A DNA stretch of 64,000 nt from positions 1 through 64,000 of the IMG/VR virus record IMGVR_UViG_3300032562_000014. One strand, 5' to 3'. Below are positions 37,516-47,045 of the stretch, piece after piece (the first letter of the stretch is position 1; every line of letters starts with the position of its first letter). The notes beneath the pieces are model-generated. The model was not told the origin of the DNA. It made no database searches and worked only from the letters and a program-made list of their open reading frames with translations. Source of the stretch: a virus. The position numbers and the translations under genes were made by a program.

Positions 37516-38535
37516 ATGTTAGCAATTGACAAAAATATTGAAAAGTGCAAGTCCATGCTCTATGAGATTTCTAATCGCACAGACAGCGACTGGGTACTGC
37601 AAGGCACAGAAAGGGACAAAAACCCTGTGAAGATGAATACGGCCAAGACCCACGCTTTACCGCTCAGGTCCCGCGTATTCCTCGGAAAAGGAAAGGGTTA
37701 TGCGGAAACGCAGTTTGTTTCCGGTGCGCCTACAATATTTGTTAATGACGTATACATTGATAAACAAGGTGGGATACATTCTATCGGAGAAGAGAAGCAG
37801 GATGGCTGGGATTTGCATAAAGGGCTGAAAAGCCTGGGTTACGACCTGAATGTAGAATACAAAAGGGCGCTGTCATTGCAGATTTCATTTGAATCCGGTG
37901 TGCTGGACCTGAATAAATACGGACAGGACCCTACGCTTCACAGCTTCGTTGCTCATCACGAGAACAACAACAAAGCGCCCAATGCGGATGAGGCCCCATC
38001 AGGCAACAAGAGCAAAATGTTCAACTTCGACCCGATACAGAAGAGCGTGAAATCAGAAGTGAAACTGACGGCATCGCTTGATGTGACCTACGAAGCGCTG
38101 ACACTGGTGTACAACCTGCGCAAGCAACTGGCATCCGGCAGCTATGACTACAACACCGCTAAGATAGATGCGCTGATCAACCTGTTTGGCCTGAACAACG
38201 GCGCGCAGGACCTGGAAACAACACCGCAGAAAGTAGAAGTGCTGGTTGCGATGGCCCAGGGTAACCCAAAACAGTTTTTGGACACCATCAAGGAAACATA
38301 CGATCAGTACAAGATGATCGTACTGACTGCCCAGGAATTGAAGGTGATCAACTTCGTAAAGAAAGAAGTTACCTTCCACAAGGACAAGACATCGCGCATT
38401 ATGTTCAATACAGAGGCGACAAAGCTGGAAGATCAGATAGAGGAGTTCTCTACCTTCCTGCTGGACCCGAAGAATGAAAAAGATTACGCGGCCTTAACCA
38501 TAGCGGTTGAAGAAGCGAAGAAGAAATCACTTTAA
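37516..38535 (+). CDS. Hypothetical protein following the capsid gene
   Basis: 339-aa ORF with a good leader. Confidence 0.7.
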   Translation: MLAIDKNIEKCKSMLYEISNRTDSDWVLQGTERDKNPVKMNTAKTHALPLRSRVFLGKGKGYAETQFVSGAPTIFVNDVYIDKQGGIHSIGEEKQDGWDLHKGLKSLGYDLNVEYKRALSLQISFESGVLDLNKYGQDPTLHSFVAHHENNNKAPNADEAPSGNKSKMFNFDPIQKSVKSEVKLTASLDVTYEALTLVYNLRKQLASGSYDYNTAKIDALINLFGLNNGAQDLETTPQKVEVLVAMAQGNPKQFLDTIKETYDQYKMIVLTAQELKVINFVKKEVTFHKDKTSRIMFNTEATKLEDQIEEFSTFLLDPKNEKDYAALTIAVEEAKKKSL

Positions 38536-38558
38536 AACACCTTTAAAAAATATAACCA

Positions 38559-39794
38559 ATGGCAGTTACTTTTGTACAGAGTACCCAGGTGCTCGATGAA
38601 AATGGTCAGAACCTCCTTACCTATAACTATACTACAGGTGTAGCTACTGGTGTAACAAGGGACATCAACACCATAAATTGTGAGATCATTGGTGCGCAAT
38701 GGCGACTGCCGGTGGTGACTCAGCAAGGACTTCCTTTGCGCGTCAACTGGGCCGTAGCTGTAGATGCTGTCCGCCCACAGCCCGATGCACAGAAAGTGCT
38801 GGTGGTAAAAGAAGTAGGCCCCGGCGCGCTGAACACCTACAAGATAGCCATTGCCGATACGGATTATGTTGGTACTACCAATGTGTTCGGTACGCTGGCA
38901 GACGGCCTCGGCGGTACGCTCGCTACAATGCCGGTGGTAACCATATCATTCCCTATCGTGCAGAACGCGCCTACCTCTAATACAGGTGGTACCAATACAT
39001 TCCTGTTCCCATTCCCTGCAAACCCTAATGGTTTACTGTATTCTATACCGTTCCCATGGTTCAATGGCGTTGCGCCAACCCCGGCATATGCCCCTACAGG
39101 CATTACTACCCCGGCAGGGTTTGTAACATGGGCCAACACCAACTGGGGCACTTATGGCACATGGACATCTTCCGGTAATATCGTGACATTGTCCAGCCCT
39201 TCATCCGCAGGTACACCTGTCACAAAGGCAGGGTTCTACGTGAATGTTACTCCGGCTGCATGGTGTATTGATGCTACTACGCTGTATGCGCCAGGCCAGA
39301 TTGCAACTACATCACTTAACGCAGGTGGTACAGGGTATGTAGTGAATGATACCTTCACGATCACAGGCGGTACCCAACTGGCTACAGGCCACGTAACAGC
39401 AGTGAGCGGCGGTGTAGTAACTACTTACACTATAGATACGCAGGGCGTAGGATATGCCGTAGCGACAGGTGCGGCCACAGTGGCGACCTCCGGCTCGGGT
39501 ACAGGCTTGAAGATCAACATCCTCACGCTCCAGACAGCAGCTCCGGCAACAGTCAATGGCATAGGCTTCGGCACAGGAACACCGGCGACATTCGGCGCGT
39601 TCACGCTGAATGACTCTACACCAGCATTGCAGCAGCTGATCACAGCGATGACTCCGTTCTTTGAGAACGGCGCGACATTCGCAATAGGCGGCGCAGATGG
39701 CGACAAGATTACCATCAACACCGTACAGGCAACACCGAAGATATACAATGGGGCATCTGTGATACTCACAGCTACTTCCGGCGCATGTTCTTAA
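38559..39794 (+). CDS. Structural (decoration / auxiliary capsid-like) protein
   Basis: Thr/Gly-rich; GGTGY..ND..TI.GG...V....GVVT......G.GY...GSGTG module; followed by a terminator. Confidence 0.6.
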   Translation: MAVTFVQSTQVLDENGQNLLTYNYTTGVATGVTRDINTINCEIIGAQWRLPVVTQQGLPLRVNWAVAVDAVRPQPDAQKVLVVKEVGPGALNTYKIAIADTDYVGTTNVFGTLADGLGGTLATMPVVTISFPIVQNAPTSNTGGTNTFLFPFPANPNGLLYSIPFPWFNGVAPTPAYAPTGITTPAGFVTWANTNWGTYGTWTSSGNIVTLSSPSSAGTPVTKAGFYVNVTPAAWCIDATTLYAPGQIATTSLNAGGTGYVVNDTFTITGGTQLATGHVTAVSGGVVTTYTIDTQGVGYAVATGAATVATSGSGTGLKINILTLQTAAPATVNGIGFGTGTPATFGAFTLNDSTPALQQLITAMTPFFENGATFAIGGADGDKITINTVQATPKIYNGASVILTATSGACS

Positions 39795-39821
39795 TAAATT
39801 GACATCTTATTAAAAATACCC

Positions 39822-39849
39822 GAAGGCTGGTCATGTGGCCAGCCTTCTT
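39822..39849 (+). terminator. Hairpin / probable terminator
   Basis: GAAGGCTGGTCA-TG-TGGCCAGCCTTC-TT. Confidence 0.55.
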
Positions 39850-39861
39850 AATATTCAAAAC

Positions 39862-42687
39862 ATGGGCCTTCCAATATCTTCACCTGATATTACCAACTTA
39901 GACTTCCTCATCACCTATGACTTGTCCGGCGCTACGCCTGCTATCACGCTGACTAACAACAGCACGGTGGTGCATCCGTTATTGCTGTCATGGTGGTATG
40001 TGATTACTACGCCAAGTGGTATGATCATTCACCAGGGTAGCTCAACAACACCCGATGTGAATAATGTTGCGTGGACTACGTTGTCTATTACCCCAAACTC
40101 ATGGCCTACACCTTTTGGTAGCGGCATATGTGCCCAGGTGGAGTTTTCCTGCGCTGCGCCCTATGTATGTACGCTGTATGTAAAAGACAGCACAAATACT
40201 ACCTATCAACTGGCAAAACAGGTGGTGATATGCCGCCCGGCTGGTAATACAGTCAATGGATGCGGTAACTTTGGTGTGGCTAACCTCAGCGTGGCAGTAC
40301 AATGCTCCAATGCGCGCCTCTTGTGCAGCGACTCTACCAACTATTCTTACGGCGGTAATATCCAGCCAACAGGCACACCAGTAAACACATGGACGCTGGT
40401 ATATCCGCAGTCACCTGCCGGCGGCCTACAGCCCGCAAACGGTACAGCAAGTAACTCGGCCTACGTTTGGTTCCCATTGGCTTATAGCGCCACAGGATTT
40501 AACCTGTACCTGAACAACTATGCTACCTACAACATGGGTAACGGGCAAACTATCATCCTACAGTACAAAGCACAGTCTACTTTCAATGTATACTGTAATG
40601 TGGATGTATGCCAGTTATTGTGTGAAATGGCGAAATTTCAGGCTATGGCAACTGCTAAATGTGGCGACTTGATAGATCCCGATCTGAACAACAAAATGAC
40701 GATGTTGAATTGGATGATCTCGCAGGTAGCGCTGGGTATCATGCAGCCATCATGCAATATAGATGTACCGGGCCTGATACAGCAGATAGAAACCATGTTC
40801 GGATTTGAAAGCTGTGCGTGTGGCAGCTCTCTGGGTATCAACCAGACATCAGCAGCATCCGGCAATAGCGGCCTCACTACGACATCCAATGTGATCAACA
40901 TAGCTACTGGCCTTGCGCCGGCCACATGCCCCAATTCTTTCTTCCCGGCACAGATATACGATCCAACGGGCCTTATCATCATAGGCGTGGCCTCCAGCGC
41001 GGACGACATGGTATCTATACTCAATGCTAATGCGGCATGGCAGGCATATGGTACAGCCTTGAATACAGGTAACTGTACGGTAGAATGGATAACAACAGTC
41101 CTCGGCGAGACAGTACCGGTGATCAAAGTGGCCATCAACGGCACCACAACCACTTGTACTAATGGCACACAAAGCTACCTCGCGAAGATGGTAGACCTTT
41201 GCGCATCGAGCACTACAATAACGGCATCCAGCTATCCGCTCAACCTATACGTTGATTTCGGCCTCGGCGCGGGACCGGTATTTGCAGGTAATGTGGCTAC
41301 CCAGGCTGCGGCAGTTATCGCGCTCAATGCAGTAGCTAGCAAGCCGGTCAGTGTGACCTTCTCGGCGGGCGGTACGGTAGCGACATTCAATGTAGCCAAT
41401 AGCAACTGTACAGCATACTCGGCAACCATAAATATCACTTGCGATGCCGGTTCGGCAAACTTCCTGTTATATGGCGGCTCAAGTGTTTTATCCATAAATT
41501 CAGATGCGCCTATATTTGCGGGCGAGTCGGGTTATGGATTACGCACGGACTTGAAAATAGGTGCAATACCCGGCGAGTCGGCGGCGACAGCATTGTGGCA
41601 CACTATACTAATCGGCACTACGCTGATTAACGCAGAAGGTAACACCGGCAAGGTAAACTTCTGGGATGTATCCACGCCTTTGCAGCCCAAACTGATAAGG
41701 ACCATACAGCTTACGGCTCCATCCGGTGCTTCGGGTAACTTCACCGGCAGCCCATTGAGTGCATCTTTGTCCACAGGCGCTACCGGGAATGTAGGTACTT
41801 CATGGTATTCTTTATACTTCCCATCGGAGTATAGTAATATGACACTATCTGCAGTCTATATATTTGAAGCCATCACCGGATCAGCCTGGCAGTTGAATAT
41901 GTTTGACTACAGCAGCACCAATGGCATAACAGCATCATTCTATGATCAGCGCCTGAAAGGTAAATGCCCCCGCATCATGCAGAAAGGGACGATATACTTT
42001 ACCCAGGATGGCGATTTGGAAACATCTTCCGGTATATCATCCGGCATTGCAGTGGGTAGTACGATTGCGTTATCACTCGGCACTTTCTCCAGCGGCGGCA
42101 TATCTACTATCGCCTCGGTGATTTCTGGCGGTACTGAGTATGTATGGACGGCATCTTTTGATGGAGTGAATACCATATGGTTTGGCGGCAATCTGGGTAC
42201 AATAGTGCAATTCTCTATATCCAGCAATTCTGTAACGAATACCTATCCTTTTGGTATGGGGTCAAACGGTAGCACTCATCGTACGCTAAGAAGGCGCGGC
42301 AATTCCATATTCTACCTGGGCAACCTGATAGTGACTAACCTGGGCAACTTCCTGATAGGCGTAGACATCCCTGCCATATCCATAAACGTAGCATCGCTGG
42401 CAACAACGCCTGTGGTAATACCGTTCCAGGGTTCGCCTACAGGTACGTATACGCTGGGCTTCTCGGGAATGCCTACGGCGCTGGGTAACTGCCTTTTGCT
42501 CATACCGTCAATAGGCGGCACAACAGAAACGACTGGCGGCCTTCCTGCGGCGATAGGTGTATACAACCTTTCCGGTACGCTATTGCAGCATATACCAATC
42601 ACGGCAGATGGTATACATACCCCAAGTGTGTATAACGTAGTGGCTATACCTAACATTTCAACATATACCCCAACCACCTTAGTATAA
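39862..42687 (+). CDS. Large Cys-rich structural protein with probable C-terminal beta-propeller
   Basis: Likely start MGLPISS; many Cys; VNFWDVSTP..PKL blade-like motif. Confidence 0.65.
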   Translation: MGLPISSPDITNLDFLITYDLSGATPAITLTNNSTVVHPLLLSWWYVITTPSGMIIHQGSSTTPDVNNVAWTTLSITPNSWPTPFGSGICAQVEFSCAAPYVCTLYVKDSTNTTYQLAKQVVICRPAGNTVNGCGNFGVANLSVAVQCSNARLLCSDSTNYSYGGNIQPTGTPVNTWTLVYPQSPAGGLQPANGTASNSAYVWFPLAYSATGFNLYLNNYATYNMGNGQTIILQYKAQSTFNVYCNVDVCQLLCEMAKFQAMATAKCGDLIDPDLNNKMTMLNWMISQVALGIMQPSCNIDVPGLIQQIETMFGFESCACGSSLGINQTSAASGNSGLTTTSNVINIATGLAPATCPNSFFPAQIYDPTGLIIIGVASSADDMVSILNANAAWQAYGTALNTGNCTVEWITTVLGETVPVIKVAINGTTTTCTNGTQSYLAKMVDLCASSTTITASSYPLNLYVDFGLGAGPVFAGNVATQAAAVIALNAVASKPVSVTFSAGGTVATFNVANSNCTAYSATINITCDAGSANFLLYGGSSVLSINSDAPIFAGESGYGLRTDLKIGAIPGESAATALWHTILIGTTLINAEGNTGKVNFWDVSTPLQPKLIRTIQLTAPSGASGNFTGSPLSASLSTGATGNVGTSWYSLYFPSEYSNMTLSAVYIFEAITGSAWQLNMFDYSSTNGITASFYDQRLKGKCPRIMQKGTIYFTQDGDLETSSGISSGIAVGSTIALSLGTFSSGGISTIASVISGGTEYVWTASFDGVNTIWFGGNLGTIVQFSISSNSVTNTYPFGMGSNGSTHRTLRRRGNSIFYLGNLIVTNLGNFLIGVDIPAISINVASLATTPVVIPFQGSPTGTYTLGFSGMPTALGNCLLLIPSIGGTTETTGGLPAAIGVYNLSGTLLQHIPITADGIHTPSVYNVVAIPNISTYTPTTLV

Positions 42688-43466
42688 TGACAACCCTCGA
42701 TCTCTTCGATGTATGGCAGAGTTTGCTCACACTGGCGAATGTATCCCAGAATGGGCAAATTCCGCCCACGACCTTCGCCAACTGGATGAATGCGATCAAT
42801 GTAGAGTTGTTCCGGGATAAGTTCTCCGACTATGAATTGATGCAGCAGTGTTCCGATGAGGTGAAGCTGCCATTTTTGGTAACAGCGTCTATCGTTGTGA
42901 CATCTGCGGGTGGCGCTTCTTATGGTGTGGCTCCGTACCCTGCTAACTACGAGTATTTCAGCAGCGCAAAGGTATTGCGCCAGCGGGATGAAAAGGCGGC
43001 CAAGAACAACGAGCCGCTGCCCGATATTGACGGGGATGGACAGTGCCACAAGTATACCGATCCTGACTACGCGGCGCTGGCCATAAAGTATGCCGGCGAC
43101 CACCTGATCACGAAGACCGTTAACCTGGTAGACAACCAGCGCTGGGAAGACTGCCTCGACCATGATACAAAGGGCCCGACATACGACAATCCGAAGATGA
43201 CGCAGTTCTCGGGTGGATTCAAGATAGCCCCGGCAGGTGTGCAGTTACTTCTTATAGATTATCTGAAAACACCACAGCCATGCGTATTTGCCTATACTAT
43301 CAGCAGTGATGATATACTCATTTACAATGCCGGCGGCAGCACTCAGTTACAGTGGAGCAACATAATGAAGGAAGAGTTTTTGTCGCGCCTGTTGAAGAAA
43401 TACGCGATACTCATAGGGGATGAGAATATGTTCCAGATGGGCGAAAATGAAAGAAAAACCGCATAA
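42687..43466 (+). CDS. Tail ring / head-tail adaptor protein
   Basis: QNGQIPP..F..W.N....ELF N-terminus and DYLK.P motif resemble crAss-like ring proteins. Confidence 0.6.
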   Translation: MTTLDLFDVWQSLLTLANVSQNGQIPPTTFANWMNAINVELFRDKFSDYELMQQCSDEVKLPFLVTASIVVTSAGGASYGVAPYPANYEYFSSAKVLRQRDEKAAKNNEPLPDIDGDGQCHKYTDPDYAALAIKYAGDHLITKTVNLVDNQRWEDCLDHDTKGPTYDNPKMTQFSGGFKIAPAGVQLLLIDYLKTPQPCVFAYTISSDDILIYNAGGSTQLQWSNIMKEEFLSRLLKKYAILIGDENMFQMGENERKTA

Positions 43467-43478
43467 AAAATACTATAG

Positions 43479-44171
43479 ATGGCCGTATCGCTGAAAACAC
43501 TCGCCGCAAGGGCAAAGGATCTTTACTTCCAGGACTACGCGCCAAGGGATGCGTTCTTTGATGTAGGGGACTTTATGTTCCATGCTGCCGCCTATTACAG
43601 TGATGTCCTGAACAAGATGTATCAGATCATGCGCAAGGATGGTATTGCGGAGATGGGTTTTTCAAATACCCCCATATCCGCTGCATGGCTCATGGAAGAG
43701 GTTTTGCCGGTAACACCATGCGCTACGTCCAACTTTTTCTTTGCGCAGCCATCGTCCAATATTTTCTCCTTTGACTTTGATGCGGCTGCCAATGCTATAA
43801 ATGGCGTAAGCACCACTGGTAAGTGCTGTGGTGGCAAAAAATTTGATGTCATAAAAATTCAAAATAATGAAATAAGATTTTTATCTTTATCCCCGGTAAC
43901 AAGCAATGTATACTATTGGCTGGCCCCAAATAACAGGATTGAATTTTCGGACAATGTGACAGAGGTGCGGGTATGGTATATCCCGGAGGTATTGGGCAAT
44001 AATGATAACAGCCTGCTGAGTGATAATATAGCGGCAGATGTGATCAAAAATACCTTACAGTTGATGTTCGGTGCGAAACAAGGTAATGTTATACAGGAGG
44101 CCAACGATGGCAACAAGAATTTGGTACTGCCACAGCAGGTCAATCCTAACCTCGGTAAACAAGGGAACTAA
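43479..44171 (+). CDS. Tail ring protein
   Basis: Size and position in the tail cluster. Confidence 0.5.
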   Translation: MAVSLKTLAARAKDLYFQDYAPRDAFFDVGDFMFHAAAYYSDVLNKMYQIMRKDGIAEMGFSNTPISAAWLMEEVLPVTPCATSNFFFAQPSSNIFSFDFDAAANAINGVSTTGKCCGGKKFDVIKIQNNEIRFLSLSPVTSNVYYWLAPNNRIEFSDNVTEVRVWYIPEVLGNNDNSLLSDNIAADVIKNTLQLMFGAKQGNVIQEANDGNKNLVLPQQVNPNLGKQGN

Positions 44172-44428
44172 TGGACACACAACTCATTACCTACAAAGAA
44201 GCAATACTCCATGCGTTAGGAGATAAAAAATTACGCAGGGCTGCATGGAATGAATGCCGCTATATCAGGAAATTCTGCGAGGCAGATGCCGATATGCTGA
44301 GTCTTCAAAATGCAAGTGATGATTTTATAGTAGAGGACTGCAAAGAAAGGGTGTGTGATTGCAGCGTAGGCCCTTACCGGCCAACGAGTGAAGACAAGGA
44401 AGCGAATGACTGGATAATAATAGCATAA
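44171..44428 (+). CDS. DUF2829 / Tad2-like protein
   Basis: Y.EA......KK.RR.AW N-terminus and Y.PT.ED..ANDW C-terminus. Confidence 0.6.
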   Translation: MDTQLITYKEAILHALGDKKLRRAAWNECRYIRKFCEADADMLSLQNASDDFIVEDCKERVCDCSVGPYRPTSEDKEANDWIIIA

Positions 44429-45504
44429 TGAGCGATCAGAATTTAAGGCAATTTGGTGAAGCTGTGATACCGCTGGGAAAGGCGGTGCGGAGCTTTTCTT
44501 TGGAACAAGGCAACCTAAAGGAAGTCATGTTCCTTAAAAACCTGCAACATGCTATATGGGTATATAAAGACATATTCCGCACTACCATGTGGGCAATAAA
44601 GACAGTCGCCGTAGAATGCCTTGATCATCACACACTACGCCTCCCCCGTGACTGCGAACGGCTGGTGAATATATCAGTAGTGGACCATCGCGGCAAGCAA
44701 CACCCGCTGACCTGCGACCCTGACCTCAATACGGCAAAGTTCAACTGCAACCATAAGTGTTCCTGCAAAAAATGCAACGGTCAAAATACGCTGTGCGCCA
44801 TGCTTGATGATGTGACCACTACCTACACACCTGTAGTGATACAAGGCGTTACCTACCAGCAGACAACATCTATACGCGCCGATAGCGCCGGCAACATACA
44901 GCAGTGGACAAACACACCTGTATTGCAAGCAGGGACAACATCCGTACAGTACATACAGGAAACAACGACCATCTGCAATGTAGAGGTAGATGATAAAGGC
45001 TGTATCATGGCTACGGCCCCTAATATGGAGGCGCTCATGGGTTATTTCGGACTGGGCCTGTATGACCCTGGATGCGAAAGCTACGGCTGGCTGGACAACT
45101 CGGCATATCGTGAATTGATACCTGCTAATTACAACTTCTGGGGTTATTATAACCGCAACGCTGCCGACCCGGACATCATACATATCTTCCGCAACGACTA
45201 CAAGCCACATCATCATCAGGAAGGTGGTTTTTGGGAGAAAGAAGAACGTATAGGCACAGTGCTGGTAACCTATCAAACCAACGGAGAAACGCCGGGAGAG
45301 GAAGTGCTGGTACCGGAATATGCGTATGACTGCCTTATATCAGGTATCATATACAGGCAACACAAACTTAACCCTCGCGATGGCGACAGGGGCAATGAAT
45401 TTTACCGGATGTACCGGGCTGAAAAGATGGCCATGATGCGCCACCAAAACCCGGTGAGGATGGACGACTTAGAAAAATTACAAACACGCCTGAGAAGGTG
45501 GTAA
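44428..45504 (+). CDS. Tail ring protein with Cys-rich insertion
   Basis: LP.D...LV.I motif, CSCKKC insert, ..Y..NG......VPEYA motif. Confidence 0.55.
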   Translation: MSDQNLRQFGEAVIPLGKAVRSFSLEQGNLKEVMFLKNLQHAIWVYKDIFRTTMWAIKTVAVECLDHHTLRLPRDCERLVNISVVDHRGKQHPLTCDPDLNTAKFNCNHKCSCKKCNGQNTLCAMLDDVTTTYTPVVIQGVTYQQTTSIRADSAGNIQQWTNTPVLQAGTTSVQYIQETTTICNVEVDDKGCIMATAPNMEALMGYFGLGLYDPGCESYGWLDNSAYRELIPANYNFWGYYNRNAADPDIIHIFRNDYKPHHHQEGGFWEKEERIGTVLVTYQTNGETPGEEVLVPEYAYDCLISGIIYRQHKLNPRDGDRGNEFYRMYRAEKMAMMRHQNPVRMDDLEKLQTRLRRW

Positions 45505-45516
45505 AACATACAGACC

Positions 45517-45780
45517 ATGTACGAAATGTATTCAGTAAGATCAGCAGCAAGGGGCAGTTTGGAAGGCAAGCTGGAATCTGACCATACGGAGAAGGTGAAC
45601 AACTTCATTAAGTTTGGCCGTGCACTCACCAATGACGGCATAGGTAAACTTGCTCAACCCGCAGAGCCATTAGACCGTAGCGGCTGGAAGATACACCAAA
45701 GCACCACATCAACAGTGCAGGATATGTTGGTATCACTCACCACCTGGTTATTCTGCCATTCAGAAGATACAAGCGCATGA
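45517..45780 (+). CDS. Hypothetical protein
   Basis: 87-aa ORF coupled to the next gene (ATGA). Confidence 0.5.
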   Translation: MYEMYSVRSAARGSLEGKLESDHTEKVNNFIKFGRALTNDGIGKLAQPAEPLDRSGWKIHQSTTSTVQDMLVSLTTWLFCHSEDTSA

Positions 45781-46295
45781 TAGAACTAAAGCTCATACCG
45801 GTAACCATAGAGGAACTGCGCCCGCTGATCCACTTCTCCCTACAGGGGGATACGGACGTTATTGACAAATACCAGCGCTTCAACTATCCATTTGAAGAGT
45901 GCGTGGACTATGTGTACAATGAGATAGCTCGGTTCATCAACGACCCTGTATTCGCCGGTGACATGCAGCCATACCGTATCATGCTACAGAGTGGCGATGA
46001 AATGGACGATATAGGCTACTGCGTTACCGTAACCAACGGAGAAGCGCCCAACGAACTATACTCCTATGCTATTAACATAGCCTTCCGCAAGAAGGTATTT
46101 CTCGTGGAGTGGCTGCGTAAAGTAGAAGAAATCATCGGCGCGGCCTACTTCACTGCACTGTGGAATAAAAACAGCAGGGCTATACAATTCTTCAACCGTA
46201 ACGGGTTTGAGGAAGTGCCCACAAAAGATGGTACATTTGTCTTGCTGATAAAAAATAAAGATCTGTTACTCAAAAGAAATATCCCATGCCAGTAG
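45777..46295 (+). CDS. GNAT-family acetyltransferase-like protein
   Basis: AIN.AFRKK and N.RAI.FF.RNGF motifs; located before the ejection proteins, as in many podoviruses. Confidence 0.7.
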   Translation: MIELKLIPVTIEELRPLIHFSLQGDTDVIDKYQRFNYPFEECVDYVYNEIARFINDPVFAGDMQPYRIMLQSGDEMDDIGYCVTVTNGEAPNELYSYAINIAFRKKVFLVEWLRKVEEIIGAAYFTALWNKNSRAIQFFNRNGFEEVPTKDGTFVLLIKNKDLLLKRNIPCQ

Positions 46296-47017
46296 ATGCA
46301 GTATTCGCCGCGGTTGCCATAGCAACAGCAGTATATGGCGCAGTAAAAGAGAACAAAGCGGACAAAGCGGCAGCAGCGAACGTGCGCCCTACCTATACTA
46401 CTCCACAGACAGAGTATGACAACCAGCGCATAGCAGAATCGCAGGCAGGGCAAGGTATGAGCGCCGCATCCAAACAGGACTACCTGAATAATGCCGGGCA
46501 GGGACTTGCAGCCACCAATGATGCGATACTGCGTGGCGGAGGCGATGCGAACAGCCTTGCAGCCACCTACGATAAATACAACCAAGGTATTTCCAACCTA
46601 TCCATATATGATGATCAGGCGCGACAAGGACACCTTAATAACCTGATAGCGCAGAACCAGAGAATGTCGGCAGGTACAGACAAAAACTGGCAACTAAATC
46701 AGTATGCGCCGTGGGCAGACCGCGCTAAGTTATATGCAACGCAACAGCAGGAGGGGCAACAACTTATCGGACAGGGCATAGGGATGCTGGGGAAAGCGGC
46801 AACCGGTGCGGCAGGTGGTATCGGTGGCGGCGGGGATGATACATCTTCGGGTAGCGCAGCTCCGCAGGCTGGAGTAGCCCCATCTTCTAACATGGGATCT
46901 TACTACGGCACACCAGACTACCAGCCACAAGCGCCATACTATTCTCCTAATACGCCATCATCAGGTGATGGTAGTGGCACTTATGGGTGGAATGGGTATA
47001 TGCCGTATCAACAATAA
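46286..47017 (+). CDS. Small ejection (internal virion) protein
   Basis: Hydrophobic Ala/Gly N-terminus, Gln/Ala helices, low-complexity tail. Confidence 0.6.
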   Translation: MPVDAVFAAVAIATAVYGAVKENKADKAAAANVRPTYTTPQTEYDNQRIAESQAGQGMSAASKQDYLNNAGQGLAATNDAILRGGGDANSLAATYDKYNQGISNLSIYDDQARQGHLNNLIAQNQRMSAGTDKNWQLNQYAPWADRAKLYATQQQEGQQLIGQGIGMLGKAATGAAGGIGGGGDDTSSGSAAPQAGVAPSSNMGSYYGTPDYQPQAPYYSPNTPSSGDGSGTYGWNGYMPYQQ

Positions 47018-47045
47018 TCTGTAAGTTTGCTTCATAATACCAGTC

